A stretch of 62,871 nucleotides of DNA from a virus (Duplodnaviria > Caudoviricetes): positions 1-62,871 of the IMG/VR virus record IMGVR_UViG_3300046012_000093. One strand, given 5' to 3'. How positions within the stretch are numbered: the stretch's first letter is position 1; every line of letters starts with the position of its first letter. The position numbers and the translations under genes are program-made. The notes beneath the pieces were generated by a model. The model saw only the letters and a list, made by a program, of their open reading frames with translations. It was not told where the DNA came from and ran no database searches. Positions 18,769 through 29,011 of this stretch are shown here, piece by piece.

Positions 18769-21474
18769 ATGAACAGTGTTCTTGACGATTTAGGTTTCGA
18801 CGATACTCCGGAGACATCTACAAATGTCTCTAAGGGTGATCCTGCTGTTTGGACTGTTCTTGGTGAAGCCGGGACACATCCTGACGGTATGATTGCTGCT
18901 GCGTCGACCCTGTATAACCGTGCGAAGACATCTAAGACTAGGATGACAGACGTCGCTGTCGATCCAGGTCAAGGCTATGAAGCATGGCAAAATACAGACG
19001 CCCGTAAGAAAGTCCAACAACTCTATCCTGTCAATTCCCCCTCGTATAAGAAAGCCGCTGACGTACTGAAGCGTCTGGAGACGGGTGACATTGATCCGTT
19101 ACCATATACCCACTTCTATAGTCCGACTGCCCAGGCTTCTCTGTCGAAGATAGACGGTCGTCCTGTGAAGCCGTCATTCGATGACGGGACTGGTGTAGAC
19201 ATCGGTGGAAATCGTTTCTTCACTCATGGATCAGGTCCGGCTAGTCCAACATTTAACATCTTGAACGATCTAGGTTTCAACAATACAGCCGAAGCTGCTC
19301 CTACCCCTGCTCTCGCCCCTGACGATCCTCCTGCTCCCGCTCCTAAGCCAGGAGAACCTGGGTTCGTCGATCCGGCTGCTGCTGCTGACACTACAGTCAA
19401 GGCTAATGCTGCTGGGGACAATCCTTCCTGGCCTGTCTATGACCAGTACAACAAAGTCGGTCGTAACGCAGACGGAAGTATCGCCTATATCGGTGATTTA
19501 GGTTCTCAGTCTGTCGAACAACAGAAGCTCGACGCTGAGAGAAAGCCAGGTGGTCCTAAAGAGATCGCACTAGGGACGTCGTCTCATCCTGACGCGATTG
19601 CGGCATGGCTGAAGGCACACCCTCTCGATCCTGCCAACGCCGTCCAGAAGCCTCAGAAAGACACACCGTCTAGTGATAATCTCCTGACCCCTGAGGGACA
19701 GGCTGCGTTGTCTGGTGTCGGACAAGGGTTGAGTAACGTTTCTCACTCTGTCGAGGGTCTTGAGTCTGTCGTCAGATCGAATCCTATAGGTGACTTCGTC
19801 GCTGGTATGACGACTGGTCGTAGCCGTGATCAAGTCATGGCTGATCTAGCCTCTGCTGTGACGAACCGAAATAGGAATGACGTCAAGTACTCTGGTAGTA
19901 CAGACTACGGTCTCGGTAAGTTCGGTGGAGAGATGGCTGCGACTGTCCCGTTGATGGCCGCAGGTGACGAAGCTGCCGGTGCCATTCCTTTGGGTCGTTT
20001 CGGAAAGTTCCTCGCAGGGACTCAACCAGGAAATCTTCTAGTCCGTGGTGCTTCTCTAGGTGCCCGTGGAGCTATTCAGGGTACTGAAGCCGCAGGACTG
20101 ACGTCTGCCGGAAACTCTGAGAGTATTCCGTCACAACTCGCCAGGGGTGCGATGACTGGTGCTGTAGTGAACCCTCTCCTCGCGACAGGTGTCGGTGCGG
20201 TCAATTCTGTCAAACCTACACTGGGTCTGTTCACACAGAAAGGTCGTGACAAGATTCTCGACAACAACATCTCGGCTGTTCTCGGTGGAAAATCCTTAAA
20301 CGCCGATCTGACAGAATATGTCTCTGGGTCGAGACCTACACTACCTGAAGCGACTCAGAACCCTGCTCTCGCTGTGACACAGAGGACACTAAAAGCCGAA
20401 GGTGGTCCTGCGATTTCGAATGCTTTCGGAGCCAGGGCTGACGCCAATCAAGTGGCTCGTGAAGCTCATGTCGAAAAACTTCTTGGGACACCAGAAGACA
20501 TCAAAGACCTCGACGCTGCTCGTGAATCTACGACGTCTCAACTTCGAGACGTCGCGTTTGCAAACAAGACACCGACAGATTCCTCTCCTGTCATCAAGAA
20601 GATCGACGAAATATTGAAGAGTCCTGCCGGACAACGAGGGGCTGTCAGGTCAAATCTCATGGCTATCAGAGAGAAGATCGCCAAAGACATCGATCTAGGT
20701 AAGGGTAAGGTCGTGACCCAACTAGAGAATGACCCAGAACAACTCTACGGTATCAGGAAAGACATCAACGACAGACTGTCTCCGTTGGCTTCTAGGGACA
20801 AGGACAACGCCCAACTCGCTGCCCATGAGTTGACTGAAGTCAAGAAGGTCCTAGACCAATCTATCACGAACGGCGCTCCTGGGTTTGACAAGTATATAAA
20901 AGCTTACAGTGAGGCGTCAAAGCCTATCAATGCTCTGAGTTCGTTACAGTCTCTTGGCTTGACCGATATGAGAGGTAACCTGACACTCGGTAAAGTCAAC
21001 TCCGCTATCACTCGTCTCGAAAAAGCACGAGCCTCTTCTGGTGTCGATCCTGCGAAAGACATCACAGACGACCAGATGAAAGCTTTATATAATCTCCGTG
21101 AAGACATGAGACGTTCTGATCTGACTGTCCCTTTGGGTCATGCTTCTAGATCGGCTAACGTCACAGGTAATCTTGATAACCAAGGCTTCATGGAGAATCT
21201 GATGAATCCTTATACTACGGCAGTCCTAGGTGCGATTTCACATCACCCTGTCGGTGCGTTTGCCGTAGGTGCCGGACGTATGGCAGTCAAGACACAGAAG
21301 AATCAAATCACCAGGGCTCTCGCAGACAGGATGTTAAACCCAGACATGAACGTCGTACCATTGAGACCAGTCCAAGTCCAGACGCAGTCTCCGATTCCAA
21401 AGGTCAACCCATTTATCACGGGACCTGTCATCCTAGGTAACCAACAAGACAAGAACAAATTTAACGTCCGTTAA
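18769..21474 (+). CDS. large ejection protein with N-terminal SleB/Hydrolase_2-like cell-wall hydrolase domain
   Basis: TVLGEA...LYNR...YEAW...THFYSP...IGGNRFF; 901 aa; gp16 position. Confidence 0.7.
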   Translation: MNSVLDDLGFDDTPETSTNVSKGDPAVWTVLGEAGTHPDGMIAAASTLYNRAKTSKTRMTDVAVDPGQGYEAWQNTDARKKVQQLYPVNSPSYKKAADVLKRLETGDIDPLPYTHFYSPTAQASLSKIDGRPVKPSFDDGTGVDIGGNRFFTHGSGPASPTFNILNDLGFNNTAEAAPTPALAPDDPPAPAPKPGEPGFVDPAAAADTTVKANAAGDNPSWPVYDQYNKVGRNADGSIAYIGDLGSQSVEQQKLDAERKPGGPKEIALGTSSHPDAIAAWLKAHPLDPANAVQKPQKDTPSSDNLLTPEGQAALSGVGQGLSNVSHSVEGLESVVRSNPIGDFVAGMTTGRSRDQVMADLASAVTNRNRNDVKYSGSTDYGLGKFGGEMAATVPLMAAGDEAAGAIPLGRFGKFLAGTQPGNLLVRGASLGARGAIQGTEAAGLTSAGNSESIPSQLARGAMTGAVVNPLLATGVGAVNSVKPTLGLFTQKGRDKILDNNISAVLGGKSLNADLTEYVSGSRPTLPEATQNPALAVTQRTLKAEGGPAISNAFGARADANQVAREAHVEKLLGTPEDIKDLDAARESTTSQLRDVAFANKTPTDSSPVIKKIDEILKSPAGQRGAVRSNLMAIREKIAKDIDLGKGKVVTQLENDPEQLYGIRKDINDRLSPLASRDKDNAQLAAHELTEVKKVLDQSITNGAPGFDKYIKAYSEASKPINALSSLQSLGLTDMRGNLTLGKVNSAITRLEKARASSGVDPAKDITDDQMKALYNLREDMRRSDLTVPLGHASRSANVTGNLDNQGFMENLMNPYTTAVLGAISHHPVGAFAVGAGRMAVKTQKNQITRALADRMLNPDMNVVPLRPVQVQTQSPIPKVNPFITGPVILGNQQDKNKFNVR

Positions 21475-21488
21475 GAGAGGATCATCCT

Positions 21489-23468
21489 TTGACTAATATC
21501 GTAGCACAAGTCCCCCCCGGACGTGTCCAATTCTTTGATAGCAACGGCAACCCTCTAGTAGGTGGAACCGTTGCCTTCTATATCCCGACGACACTGACAC
21601 CGAAGACGACTTGGCAAGACAGTGGCGGTGTGACTTCGAATGCCAATCCGCTCACTCTAGACGCCCTAGGATCGGCTGTTATCTGGGGCGATGGTTCTTA
21701 CCGTCAGATCGTCAAAGACGCCTCAGGGAACGTCGTCTGGGACGCTGTGACATCTTCTGTCAATACGACAGTCGGAAACGTCTATAACACTGTAGCAGCC
21801 TTCGAAGCCGCTCTAATCCCTAGTTCTCTGACGGCTGTCCAAGTCTTAGGATATTTCAACGCCAACGACGGCGGTGGTGCGACATACGTCCACTCAGGAG
21901 TCTCTGGTCCTGGTCCTGGTCTTGTCCAGAATTCGAATGACGCGATCTGGTGGGTCCTAGCTAATTCACCGTTGAATGTCCTTCAGTTCGGTGCTGATCC
22001 GACAGGAACGGCGTCTTCAGTGGCGGCGTTCAACAACGCCATCGCCTGGGCGAATGCCAAGTCTACTACTGACAGTGGTGTCAACATCGGTATCCCTCCT
22101 GGTCAATACAAGATAGACTCTTCGTTGACAGCGATCACTTCTAACAACGTCTGGTTCACAGGGAGTCGGGCGTCTGTCCTTATGCTGAGTGCTTCAGGCT
22201 CGACGTTTACCTATTCTGGTGGAGCGACTTATTGTGGCATCAGAGGGGCTTCTCTTATTTATCCGGCGACTCCAGCCAGTACGGCTATCGTCATCACCGT
22301 GTCGAATGCCGGTAATCTGACGTTTGAAGGGTTTCAAGTCCAGAATGTAAACACTCTGGCAGTCCTCGGGACAGACGTCAGCCATACGGCTCACTCTGTC
22401 GAGTTCCGTAATATCCAAGGCGGCTTCTATAACTCTGGCAAACCGTCGTTTGATTTCCGTTGGGGTGCTGACGCTGTTCTTGACAATGTCAATATCTTTG
22501 TCGATGGTATCGCTGTTCCGACGTTCAACCGGACGTCTACGATGACGACAGTCGCTAACACGAACTGTCTGAATTTCACTAACGGTGGCTGGGACGATCT
22601 CCATTGTACGAACGTCCAGACTAACCGTTATTGGCACGCCGTCTGTGTCAAGATGACAGCCGCCGGAAGTGTGACAAATCTCTGGCTGAGTGAATGCGTC
22701 TGGGATTTCAATTCCGACGATGCGATCTCTTTCGATACGACGACTAGTACTAATACGATAGCAAACATCTTCATTAATAACTCATACATCGCTTCATGGA
22801 GTGGTAACGGTATTGCCGTCTATGGTGATAATCTAGGTGTGAGTGAGTTCTTAGACTTCTCAGGAACACACGTCTATATCGCAGGTAAGGACGGAGTTTT
22901 CCTACAGGGAGTGAATACGAATAACGTCCGTCTAGACGGGATGCGGTTTAATGCAGTCAACCGTCTGAACGGTGGGACAAATTCCGGTATTAACATCTCT
23001 AACGTCCTCGGTGGATATTGGACAGTCATCGGAGCACAGTGTCACCAAGACGCGACACTCATCGCTTCATTAGGCCCTGGTGCTTATAACGGGATTAGTG
23101 TCGCAGCCAGTAATTTCAACTGGACTGTCACTAATTGTGGTATGGTCGGAAGTAACAAGAACTATAACGTCACACTTGATTCGAGCTTTACTTCTTTCAT
23201 CACCAAACGCATCATGACGAATAACATGAACTCAGACTATCAAGGTCTCCAGACATCTGCACCATTCGTCATCCCGGCTACGACTGTCGCTTGGCAGAAC
23301 AACACTCCATGGGTCGTGATGGTGAGTTTTTCTGGAATGACAGACATGGGTATGGATACAACAGGACAGATGTTCACTACTAGTGGACAAGTCCTCGTCC
23401 AACCAGGACATACTCTCGAACCTATCTATAGCGGGACACCCCACGCAGTCTTTCTGGTGATGGCGTGA
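21489..23468 (+). CDS. tailspike (beta-helix depolymerase-like)
   Basis: N-terminal QFFDSNGNPLVGG head-binding motif; NVLQFGADPTG...IPPGQYKI; Asn-rich beta-helix. Confidence 0.85.
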   Translation: MTNIVAQVPPGRVQFFDSNGNPLVGGTVAFYIPTTLTPKTTWQDSGGVTSNANPLTLDALGSAVIWGDGSYRQIVKDASGNVVWDAVTSSVNTTVGNVYNTVAAFEAALIPSSLTAVQVLGYFNANDGGGATYVHSGVSGPGPGLVQNSNDAIWWVLANSPLNVLQFGADPTGTASSVAAFNNAIAWANAKSTTDSGVNIGIPPGQYKIDSSLTAITSNNVWFTGSRASVLMLSASGSTFTYSGGATYCGIRGASLIYPATPASTAIVITVSNAGNLTFEGFQVQNVNTLAVLGTDVSHTAHSVEFRNIQGGFYNSGKPSFDFRWGADAVLDNVNIFVDGIAVPTFNRTSTMTTVANTNCLNFTNGGWDDLHCTNVQTNRYWHAVCVKMTAAGSVTNLWLSECVWDFNSDDAISFDTTTSTNTIANIFINNSYIASWSGNGIAVYGDNLGVSEFLDFSGTHVYIAGKDGVFLQGVNTNNVRLDGMRFNAVNRLNGGTNSGINISNVLGGYWTVIGAQCHQDATLIASLGPGAYNGISVAASNFNWTVTNCGMVGSNKNYNVTLDSSFTSFITKRIMTNNMNSDYQGLQTSAPFVIPATTVAWQNNTPWVVMVSFSGMTDMGMDTTGQMFTTSGQVLVQPGHTLEPIYSGTPHAVFLVMA

Positions 23469-23908
23469 TCACAGAAGAAGTCATCAAAGCTGCTCAGGAT
23501 GCCGAGAAGAACTGGAAAGTCCCGGCTTCGGTGACTATCGCTCAATACGGTTTGGAGTCTGGTTGGGGGAAGCACATGCCATCAGGGAGTAACAACCCGT
23601 TTGGTATCAAAGCTTCTAAGGGAATACCGTCAGTCCTCGTCAGTACTCATGAGTTCATCCATGGAAGATTCGTCGTCGTCAAAGCTCCGTTCAGAGTCTT
23701 CAAAGACTTGTCAGAAGCTTTCGACTATCATGCGAAACTTCTCGCGACCGGAACAGTCTATAAACCAGCGATGTCAGTTCTTCCTGACGCCGATCTTTTC
23801 GTGACTAAGATGGCTAAAGTCTACGCGACTGATCCTAATTATGCGAAGACACTTCTAGAAATTATCAATGAAGATAATCTCAATCAATATAACATAGGTG
23901 CCAAATGA
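23465..23908 (+). CDS. endolysin, GH73 glucosaminidase/FlgJ-like
   Basis: AQYGLESGWG, NNPFGIK, YATDPNY. Confidence 0.9.
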   Translation: MITEEVIKAAQDAEKNWKVPASVTIAQYGLESGWGKHMPSGSNNPFGIKASKGIPSVLVSTHEFIHGRFVVVKAPFRVFKDLSEAFDYHAKLLATGTVYKPAMSVLPDADLFVTKMAKVYATDPNYAKTLLEIINEDNLNQYNIGAK

Positions 23909-24102
23909 ACAGTTTCTTATCAGCCTTGAAGTCAGAGCCTAACGTCGTCTTCGCTTTCGTCCAGTCGTTGATCGGACTAGGAACGGCCTTCGGGCTCCAT
24001 TGGTCTGCCGAACAAGTCGCGGCAGTCCTCGTAGTGACTCAGATCGGATTGTCTCTAGTGACTCGCCAGATGGTGACACCAAACGTCAAACCAGTAGCTT
24101 AA
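23905..24102 (+). CDS. putative holin
   Basis: 65 aa with two hydrophobic segments, directly after endolysin. Confidence 0.6.
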   Translation: MNSFLSALKSEPNVVFAFVQSLIGLGTAFGLHWSAEQVAAVLVVTQIGLSLVTRQMVTPNVKPVA

Positions 24103-24112
24103 GGAGGTCTTA

Positions 24113-24334
24113 GTGAATGAGATTATATTCAGATCAGACGCAGAAAGACTCGCCGGTCTAGAAGCTAGAATGCATACATTAGAAGGTTATTACGGAGAGA
24201 TCAACGGAAAACTCGACAGCCTTATGGAATTGAAGAATAAGGGGGCTGGAATTTTCTGGCTTGCGAGTGCTCTTTTCGGGACGTTGATTGTCTTAGCCGG
24301 AACTAACATAATGAATTGGTTCAAACACCTATGA
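24113..24334 (+). CDS. membrane protein with coiled coil (lysis-associated?)
   Basis: N-terminal coiled coil plus C-terminal TM segment. Confidence 0.55.
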   Translation: MNEIIFRSDAERLAGLEARMHTLEGYYGEINGKLDSLMELKNKGAGIFWLASALFGTLIVLAGTNIMNWFKHL

Positions 24335-24480
24335 GACATCCTTTACTTCGTATGGTCAGGAAGTGTCTAGACCAAGGAATGTACGATCCTGACGAAATCT
24401 TCTTGAAGATAGCTAGTCAGAGAATCGGTGTCCATTACTCAGTAATTCGTAAAGCGATACATCTGGAGAAATGTCGATAA
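24331..24480 (+). CDS. 49-aa hypothetical protein
   Basis: ATGA overlap with previous stop; ends before terminator. Confidence 0.4.
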   Translation: MRHPLLRMVRKCLDQGMYDPDEIFLKIASQRIGVHYSVIRKAIHLEKCR

Positions 24481-24510
24481 CAGGCCAGAGAATCTCAGAG
24501 TCCAGATACA

Positions 24511-24547
24511 AAGAAGCCCGCCGGAGAAACACTCTAGCGGGCTTTTT
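24511..24547. terminator. bidirectional terminator at convergence of the two arms
   Basis: AAGAAGCCCGCCGGAG-AAACA-CTCTAGCGGGCTTTTT. Confidence 0.85.
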
Positions 24548-24562
24548 GCTGTCTCAGTCTAA

Positions 24563-24754
24563 TCAGATATGAGGAAGTCTCGGCTGACTCTGCCATTCTT
24601 TGAGTCCGAAATCAATCGACCGAATTGCACCTTCGATGATATATGCTTCGTCAGTCGTAGTCAACTTACCCTCCTTGACTGCTTGGTTCAGGAAGGTCGT
24701 CAACTCTGCGCGGACGAAAGCTTCCGCACCGGCCTTGAGTAGTTCATTCAGCAT
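24563..24754 (-). CDS. hypothetical protein
   Basis: 63 aa; SD AAGGAG. Confidence 0.6.
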   Translation of the reverse strand: MLNELLKAGAEAFVRAELTTFLNQAVKEGKLTTTDEAYIIEGAIRSIDFGLKEWQSQPRLPHI

Positions 24755-24763
24755 TTCTTCTCC

Positions 24764-25671
24764 TTAGATTTCACAATATCCAGCGACACAGGCGAGTTCT
24801 TGTGTGCCTGTCGTAGTATCTTCAAACTCATATTCACTCAGTCTCGACCAGTCGATATTCTGGGGCATTCTCAAGACAGCGAGATCATATTCTTCTTTCG
24901 TACACTCTTGATACGGAGCTTGTCGATAAGAGTGTTCTGAGTATGGCAAGAATGACACACCCGACAAGACGTCGAAGTTGTCAAAGACCCAGGCCCCGAC
25001 AGAGAGCCATTCGTCTTCTTTTACGTTGACGGTGATGCTCGGCTTATGTTCACACCAAGCGTTCTGTACATTTTTCCAAATCTCCAAGTGATCCAGAGAC
25101 CCGAGCTGTTCTCGAACCATAGCCTTCTCAGGCGCTTTCTGAGGAAAGTAAAACACGACCGTATCTTGCGGCTTTGTGACGTCAGGCTCATTAGGAATTC
25201 CTTCATCGATCATGAGTTGTGTCAATGGGTCTTTACGATCCATCCTGACAGAACGAATATAATACTCAGACCAGCGAGGATGAATCCCACTAGCTGAATC
25301 GACCAACTGAGACACCGTCCCTGACGGTTTGACACAAGTGATAGCAGTAGATACAGGGATACCAAGAATAGAAGCATATTCTTGATTCGTCTCTATCGCG
25401 ACTTCCTTGAGTCTTTGCAACAGACCCATATCTCGGCTGAGGTCGTCATGATCAAGAATACCAGTAAGAGATACACCTAGTAGTCTTTCTTCTTCTGTGT
25501 TGGTTTTCCAGATTCTACGGAGATACTTAAAGTCCGTAAGAGTCGATTGGAGCGTTCCAAGGATTGTAGCCAGACGAACTTTTCGTCGTAGGTCGTCTTC
25601 TGTATCTCCGGCTCGGACAACGACTTCGGACAGATTGCACATTTGGAAATTTCGAAGAATTATTTCGCTAC
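24764..25671 (-). CDS. nrdJ: class II (B12-dependent) ribonucleotide reductase, exon 2
   Basis: (C)SEIILR..CNLSEV, TCVKPSGTVS, C-terminal ACVAGYCEI. Confidence 0.92.
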
Positions 25672-26445
25672 CCCACACAACAAGTATCAATAACTTTCTT
25701 GTCGTGCGCTGGACTATCGCATATATTAAATATGTTTCCAGTTCTTTCCACTACGGATAAAACCAATAACATATGGCTTGACATTAAACTTTACTGAAAT
25801 TTCTTCATTTGATAGACCTAATGGTAATAATTCGTATTTTATGATACGGACATTTTCATTTGTTAAGATAGCACGAGGATTCTTGTCCCCTTGAACTTTA
25901 CCGAGATAAGAATCTTTATGTTTTTGAAAGGCTATCTTTTGTCTTAATGATCGTTTTTCAGTAGAGTCTTTAATCCCTATAGCGATCTTAGTTGCTATAG
26001 ATGTCGCCTGTTTGTGTTTATTCGAATTCTCTAATAAATGGTACCACTCTGAATTTACACCCAGATAACCACCGCGTTGAGAATTCCATCCAATATTCTC
26101 ATCAGGACGAATATTGTTCTCAATCATGAGTGCGTCTTCTAAAGATAGATTTTCACATAAAATCTCTTTAATCAAGCTATCCCAACCATATTTATTTATG
26201 GCGTACTTGAAATGGGATTTTTGTTTATTAGACTTATGTGCGTATAACCTATTTCTGAAGTTCTTAGTGATTCCAATATATCCTGATTCATATGGATCAT
26301 TATGATCTTCTAAATGAATCCAGTAAACACAATACAATAATATCCCTCTCGCTTAGTCTCTCACGCTGGCATTACCCTTGCGCCCTGTCGGTTTGTTATT
26401 ACCTTCCAAGTCAATCAGAGAGGGTTTTAAATCCCCATAGTGTTT
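25672..26445 (-). mobile_element. group I intron in nrdJ (774 nt)
   Basis: P1 ATCCCT/GGGGAT with U.G at the 5' site; GAGACTAAG and GATAGTCC (P7); P9 GCACGACAAG/CTTGTTGTGT; terminal G; splicing restores GTNP-C-SEI. Confidence 0.9.
25726..26337 (-). CDS. intron-encoded GIY-YIG homing endonuclease with C-terminal HTH
   Basis: CVYWI...YIGIT...R; AT-rich; C-terminal NPRAILT...KNWKHI. Confidence 0.85.
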   Translation of the reverse strand: MYCVYWIHLEDHNDPYESGYIGITKNFRNRLYAHKSNKQKSHFKYAINKYGWDSLIKEILCENLSLEDALMIENNIRPDENIGWNSQRGGYLGVNSEWYHLLENSNKHKQATSIATKIAIGIKDSTEKRSLRQKIAFQKHKDSYLGKVQGDKNPRAILTNENVRIIKYELLPLGLSNEEISVKFNVKPYVIGFIRSGKNWKHI

Positions 26446-27403
26446 AGGGATTAGTTCCAAACTCGTGCTCTACGTCACGTCTTCCATTCAATCCTGCTTG
26501 TCGCTGGCTTGCGGCACGAGAGAATAGACCCCGTTCTCCCGATCTACTAGCGTATATAGATTTCCACTCATCAAGAAATAGTCCGACAGATGGACGTTCT
26601 TCATAGACGGCCGAGTTGTTACTGAGGGCTCTTTGGACGTCTTCTTCCCACCACGCACCTTGCTTCGCATCACGCATCCTTTGATCTGATAAATCCGAAA
26701 GAGAAATCATCGCAGAACGACGAACACCGCCGACTACTACTACCTCAGCGATTTTACATAAGATGTCGTGGCATTCTAATGTATTGAGACGACGTCCTGC
26801 GGCTTTTCTAAATGCCGCAACAGTGAATCCAAAGAGTGCGTCAAGGGGGCCAGGTCCACTAGAACGACCTCCAAAAGTCTTAAGTCTTGACCCGGCTGGC
26901 CTGAGGCAACTAAGGTCCCATGAAGGTTCTTGGCCTGCATAAAGAAGCGAGATAAGCTCTCGAAAAGCTCGGCACCATCCTGCCTTACTGTCTTCGACGG
27001 AAATGACAGTTCCGGATTTTTCGAAGTGTTCATTTACGACAGGCAGCCTTTCGACGTACTTACTTTCTACCGAAAAACCTACCCCACTACCATTCATCAA
27101 GATGTGCATCGTCTCGTCGAATGAGCGGGGTGAGTCTATTGGTAGATAAGAACAATTATAGGCACAGCCATGATCACGAGTCAATCCTGGTCCGGCAGAC
27201 ATTAGAATTCTCATCGACGGCATGACTTCTAGATTATAGATAGCCTGTCGAAGTTCATCAAATGGAATATCTTGCCCTTGGAATCTATCTCGAAACCAAT
27301 CAATCGTTCGATCTACAGTTTCATCCCAAGTTTCCCTACGGTTGTATTTGTCGATCCATCGTGAGTACCGACTAAGGTGTATAAATTTCTGGTAGTCGTT
27401 CAA
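26446..27403 (-). CDS. nrdJ: class II ribonucleotide reductase, exon 1
   Basis: SRYSRW, PSMR, YNCSY, GSGVGFS, VVVGGVRRSAMI, FGTNP. Confidence 0.92.
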
Positions 27404-27579
27404 TCGTTCTCCTCATAATTTTTATATCTCCGGAGTCTTCGCTCCGCTTCTTCTTCATGTCTCAGACTCGGAACGATCTGATGACGATACTTAGGGCTTC
27501 TTAAGTCCCTCGCGACGTGGTTCCGACGACGTTGCTCTCGCCTGTCTTTAGGTTGGAGAGACTTGATTCCTTTTACCAT
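27400..27579 (-). CDS. 59-aa basic protein
   Basis: RNHVARDLRSPKYRHQIV; stop overlaps nrdJ start. Confidence 0.5.
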   Translation of the reverse strand: MVKGIKSLQPKDRREQRRRNHVARDLRSPKYRHQIVPSLRHEEEAERRLRRYKNYEEND

Positions 27580-27826
27580 AATACCAAACTAGATAAAGCC
27601 ATAGAAGATTGACACAGACGATAGACAATCCACCTACGAATGACAAAGGTTGATTCAGGCTCGGATAGTAGAACAGATTCCAGAGACCCCAGAGACTAAA
27701 GAAGACCGTAGGTATCCAGGAGACACCGTCTAACTTCTTGTCTTTCAAGATACGTCTGACGTTCAAGAGGTTGAACAGTCCTGCTCCGAACTCGAAGGTT
27801 CCGTTGACGACGTCATTCAGTTGCAT
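27548..27826 (-). CDS. PQ-loop/SemiSWEET-like three-TM membrane protein
   Basis: ILKDKKLDGVSW loop between hydrophobic helices. Confidence 0.5.
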   Translation of the reverse strand: MQLNDVVNGTFEFGAGLFNLLNVRRILKDKKLDGVSWIPTVFFSLWGLWNLFYYPSLNQPLSFVGGLSIVCVNLLWLYLVWYYGKRNQVSPT

Positions 27827-28455
27827 AGGATTTTCTTCAGGACTGGATATTCCGACAGGACTATCTCTCGTATCTCTTCTGCGATGTCTCGGTGTTCCTT
27901 CTGAGTGTGTTCGTCACAGCGGACTTCCCAGTAATGAATCCAGGAACGTAGAGAACCGTTCATGTACATCCTCGTAGGCGTCAAACCCTCGGGGAGGACG
28001 ACACGGGCGACTTCGGCTGCTATGCCGTTGTCTATCGCATGTCGATAAGCACGACGAGCTACGAAGCTGACTTCGTCTTGGAGACCTTCCCAATCTAGGA
28101 CTGTGTCTTCTTCGTCGCTTGTTTCAGGAAGTCTAGAAGACTGTCGATTTGTCGTCCCTCGAAAGCGACATTGTCGCAAGGGCAGAGGTTCCGAAGTGTC
28201 AACGTCAGCGTACCGTTGAGAGAACTCTTGAAAAGAGAAGCTTCTGTGCCGTAGTATTTGCCTTCCAACGTCTCTCGTCGTATTAATTTCCACACAGGCG
28301 TTAACCATTTCAAATGGAGAGAAGTGTTTGTTATCGAGTAGATATTTGATGAGTCTTTCATAGTCAGGATTGTCTTGATTATTCGAAGACACCCTAGCCA
28401 TGTATGCTATGAGTCCTTCACCGTCAGGTGTCGACCAGACTAGTTTGACTGTCAT
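27817..28455 (-). CDS. thyX: flavin-dependent thymidylate synthase
   Basis: HFSPFE, RHRSFSFQEFSQRY, EVARVVLP, TQKEHR. Confidence 0.95.
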   Translation of the reverse strand: MTVKLVWSTPDGEGLIAYMARVSSNNQDNPDYERLIKYLLDNKHFSPFEMVNACVEINTTRDVGRQILRHRSFSFQEFSQRYADVDTSEPLPLRQCRFRGTTNRQSSRLPETSDEEDTVLDWEGLQDEVSFVARRAYRHAIDNGIAAEVARVVLPEGLTPTRMYMNGSLRSWIHYWEVRCDEHTQKEHRDIAEEIREIVLSEYPVLKKILCN

Positions 28456-28679
28456 AGGTTGTTCAAGAAATCCCTCAACGCTGTCACTTCTTTAGAATTC
28501 AACGTTATCGAAGAACCCATGATGAAATGGAGGTCTCGCCATAGAGATAAAGAAGGAGGCTGACATTTATTGTCAGTTGTGACGATACTATAGTCAACTA
28601 CAAGATCACCGATACGGATAGACGTTGTCTCTTTGGTCGTTGTCTTAGTCGTAGTCATTTTCTTAGGTTCTTTCGTCAT
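28452..28679 (-). CDS. hypothetical protein
   Basis: 75 aa; ATGA-coupled on both sides. Confidence 0.5.
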   Translation of the reverse strand: MTKEPKKMTTTKTTTKETTSIRIGDLVVDYSIVTTDNKCQPPSLSLWRDLHFIMGSSITLNSKEVTALRDFLNNL

Positions 28680-29011
28680 AGCTTTACCCTGTCATCAAAA
28701 GACGTCATCTTTCGTTTCTGATACGTCATCAGAGAGAAAGCACCCCAGGCTACGGATGACATATGGTTCAGTCCGTGTTCTGGGTCGTTGTCTTCACCTC
28801 GGAACCACGCCCAGGCGTGTCGCATCATAGCTCCAAAGATACGGGAGAAAGACAGGCCCTTCTCCCAATTCCTGTCTGCGTACTTTCTCGCACCGAAGGT
28901 GTAGACACGGGCGAGTTCTTCTAGAGCTTCTGGAGGAATCAGATCATATCTGATCTTACCTCCGTCGTCTTTCGTACCCATCTTAGTAGTCAAGTCAATC
29001 TTGTCGTTCAT
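28676..29011 (-). CDS. dATP/dGTP diphosphohydrolase domain protein (DUF5664-like)
   Basis: KDDGGKIRYDLIP...FGARKYADRNWEKG...DPEHGLNH. Confidence 0.8.
   Translation of the reverse strand: MNDKIDLTTKMGTKDDGGKIRYDLIPPEALEELARVYTFGARKYADRNWEKGLSFSRIFGAMMRHAWAWFRGEDNDPEHGLNHMSSVAWGAFSLMTYQKRKMTSFDDRVKL

Noticed and set aside
24764-27403. nrdJ as pseudogene or split two-gene RNR
   Set aside because: Group I intron elements restore an intact frame precisely
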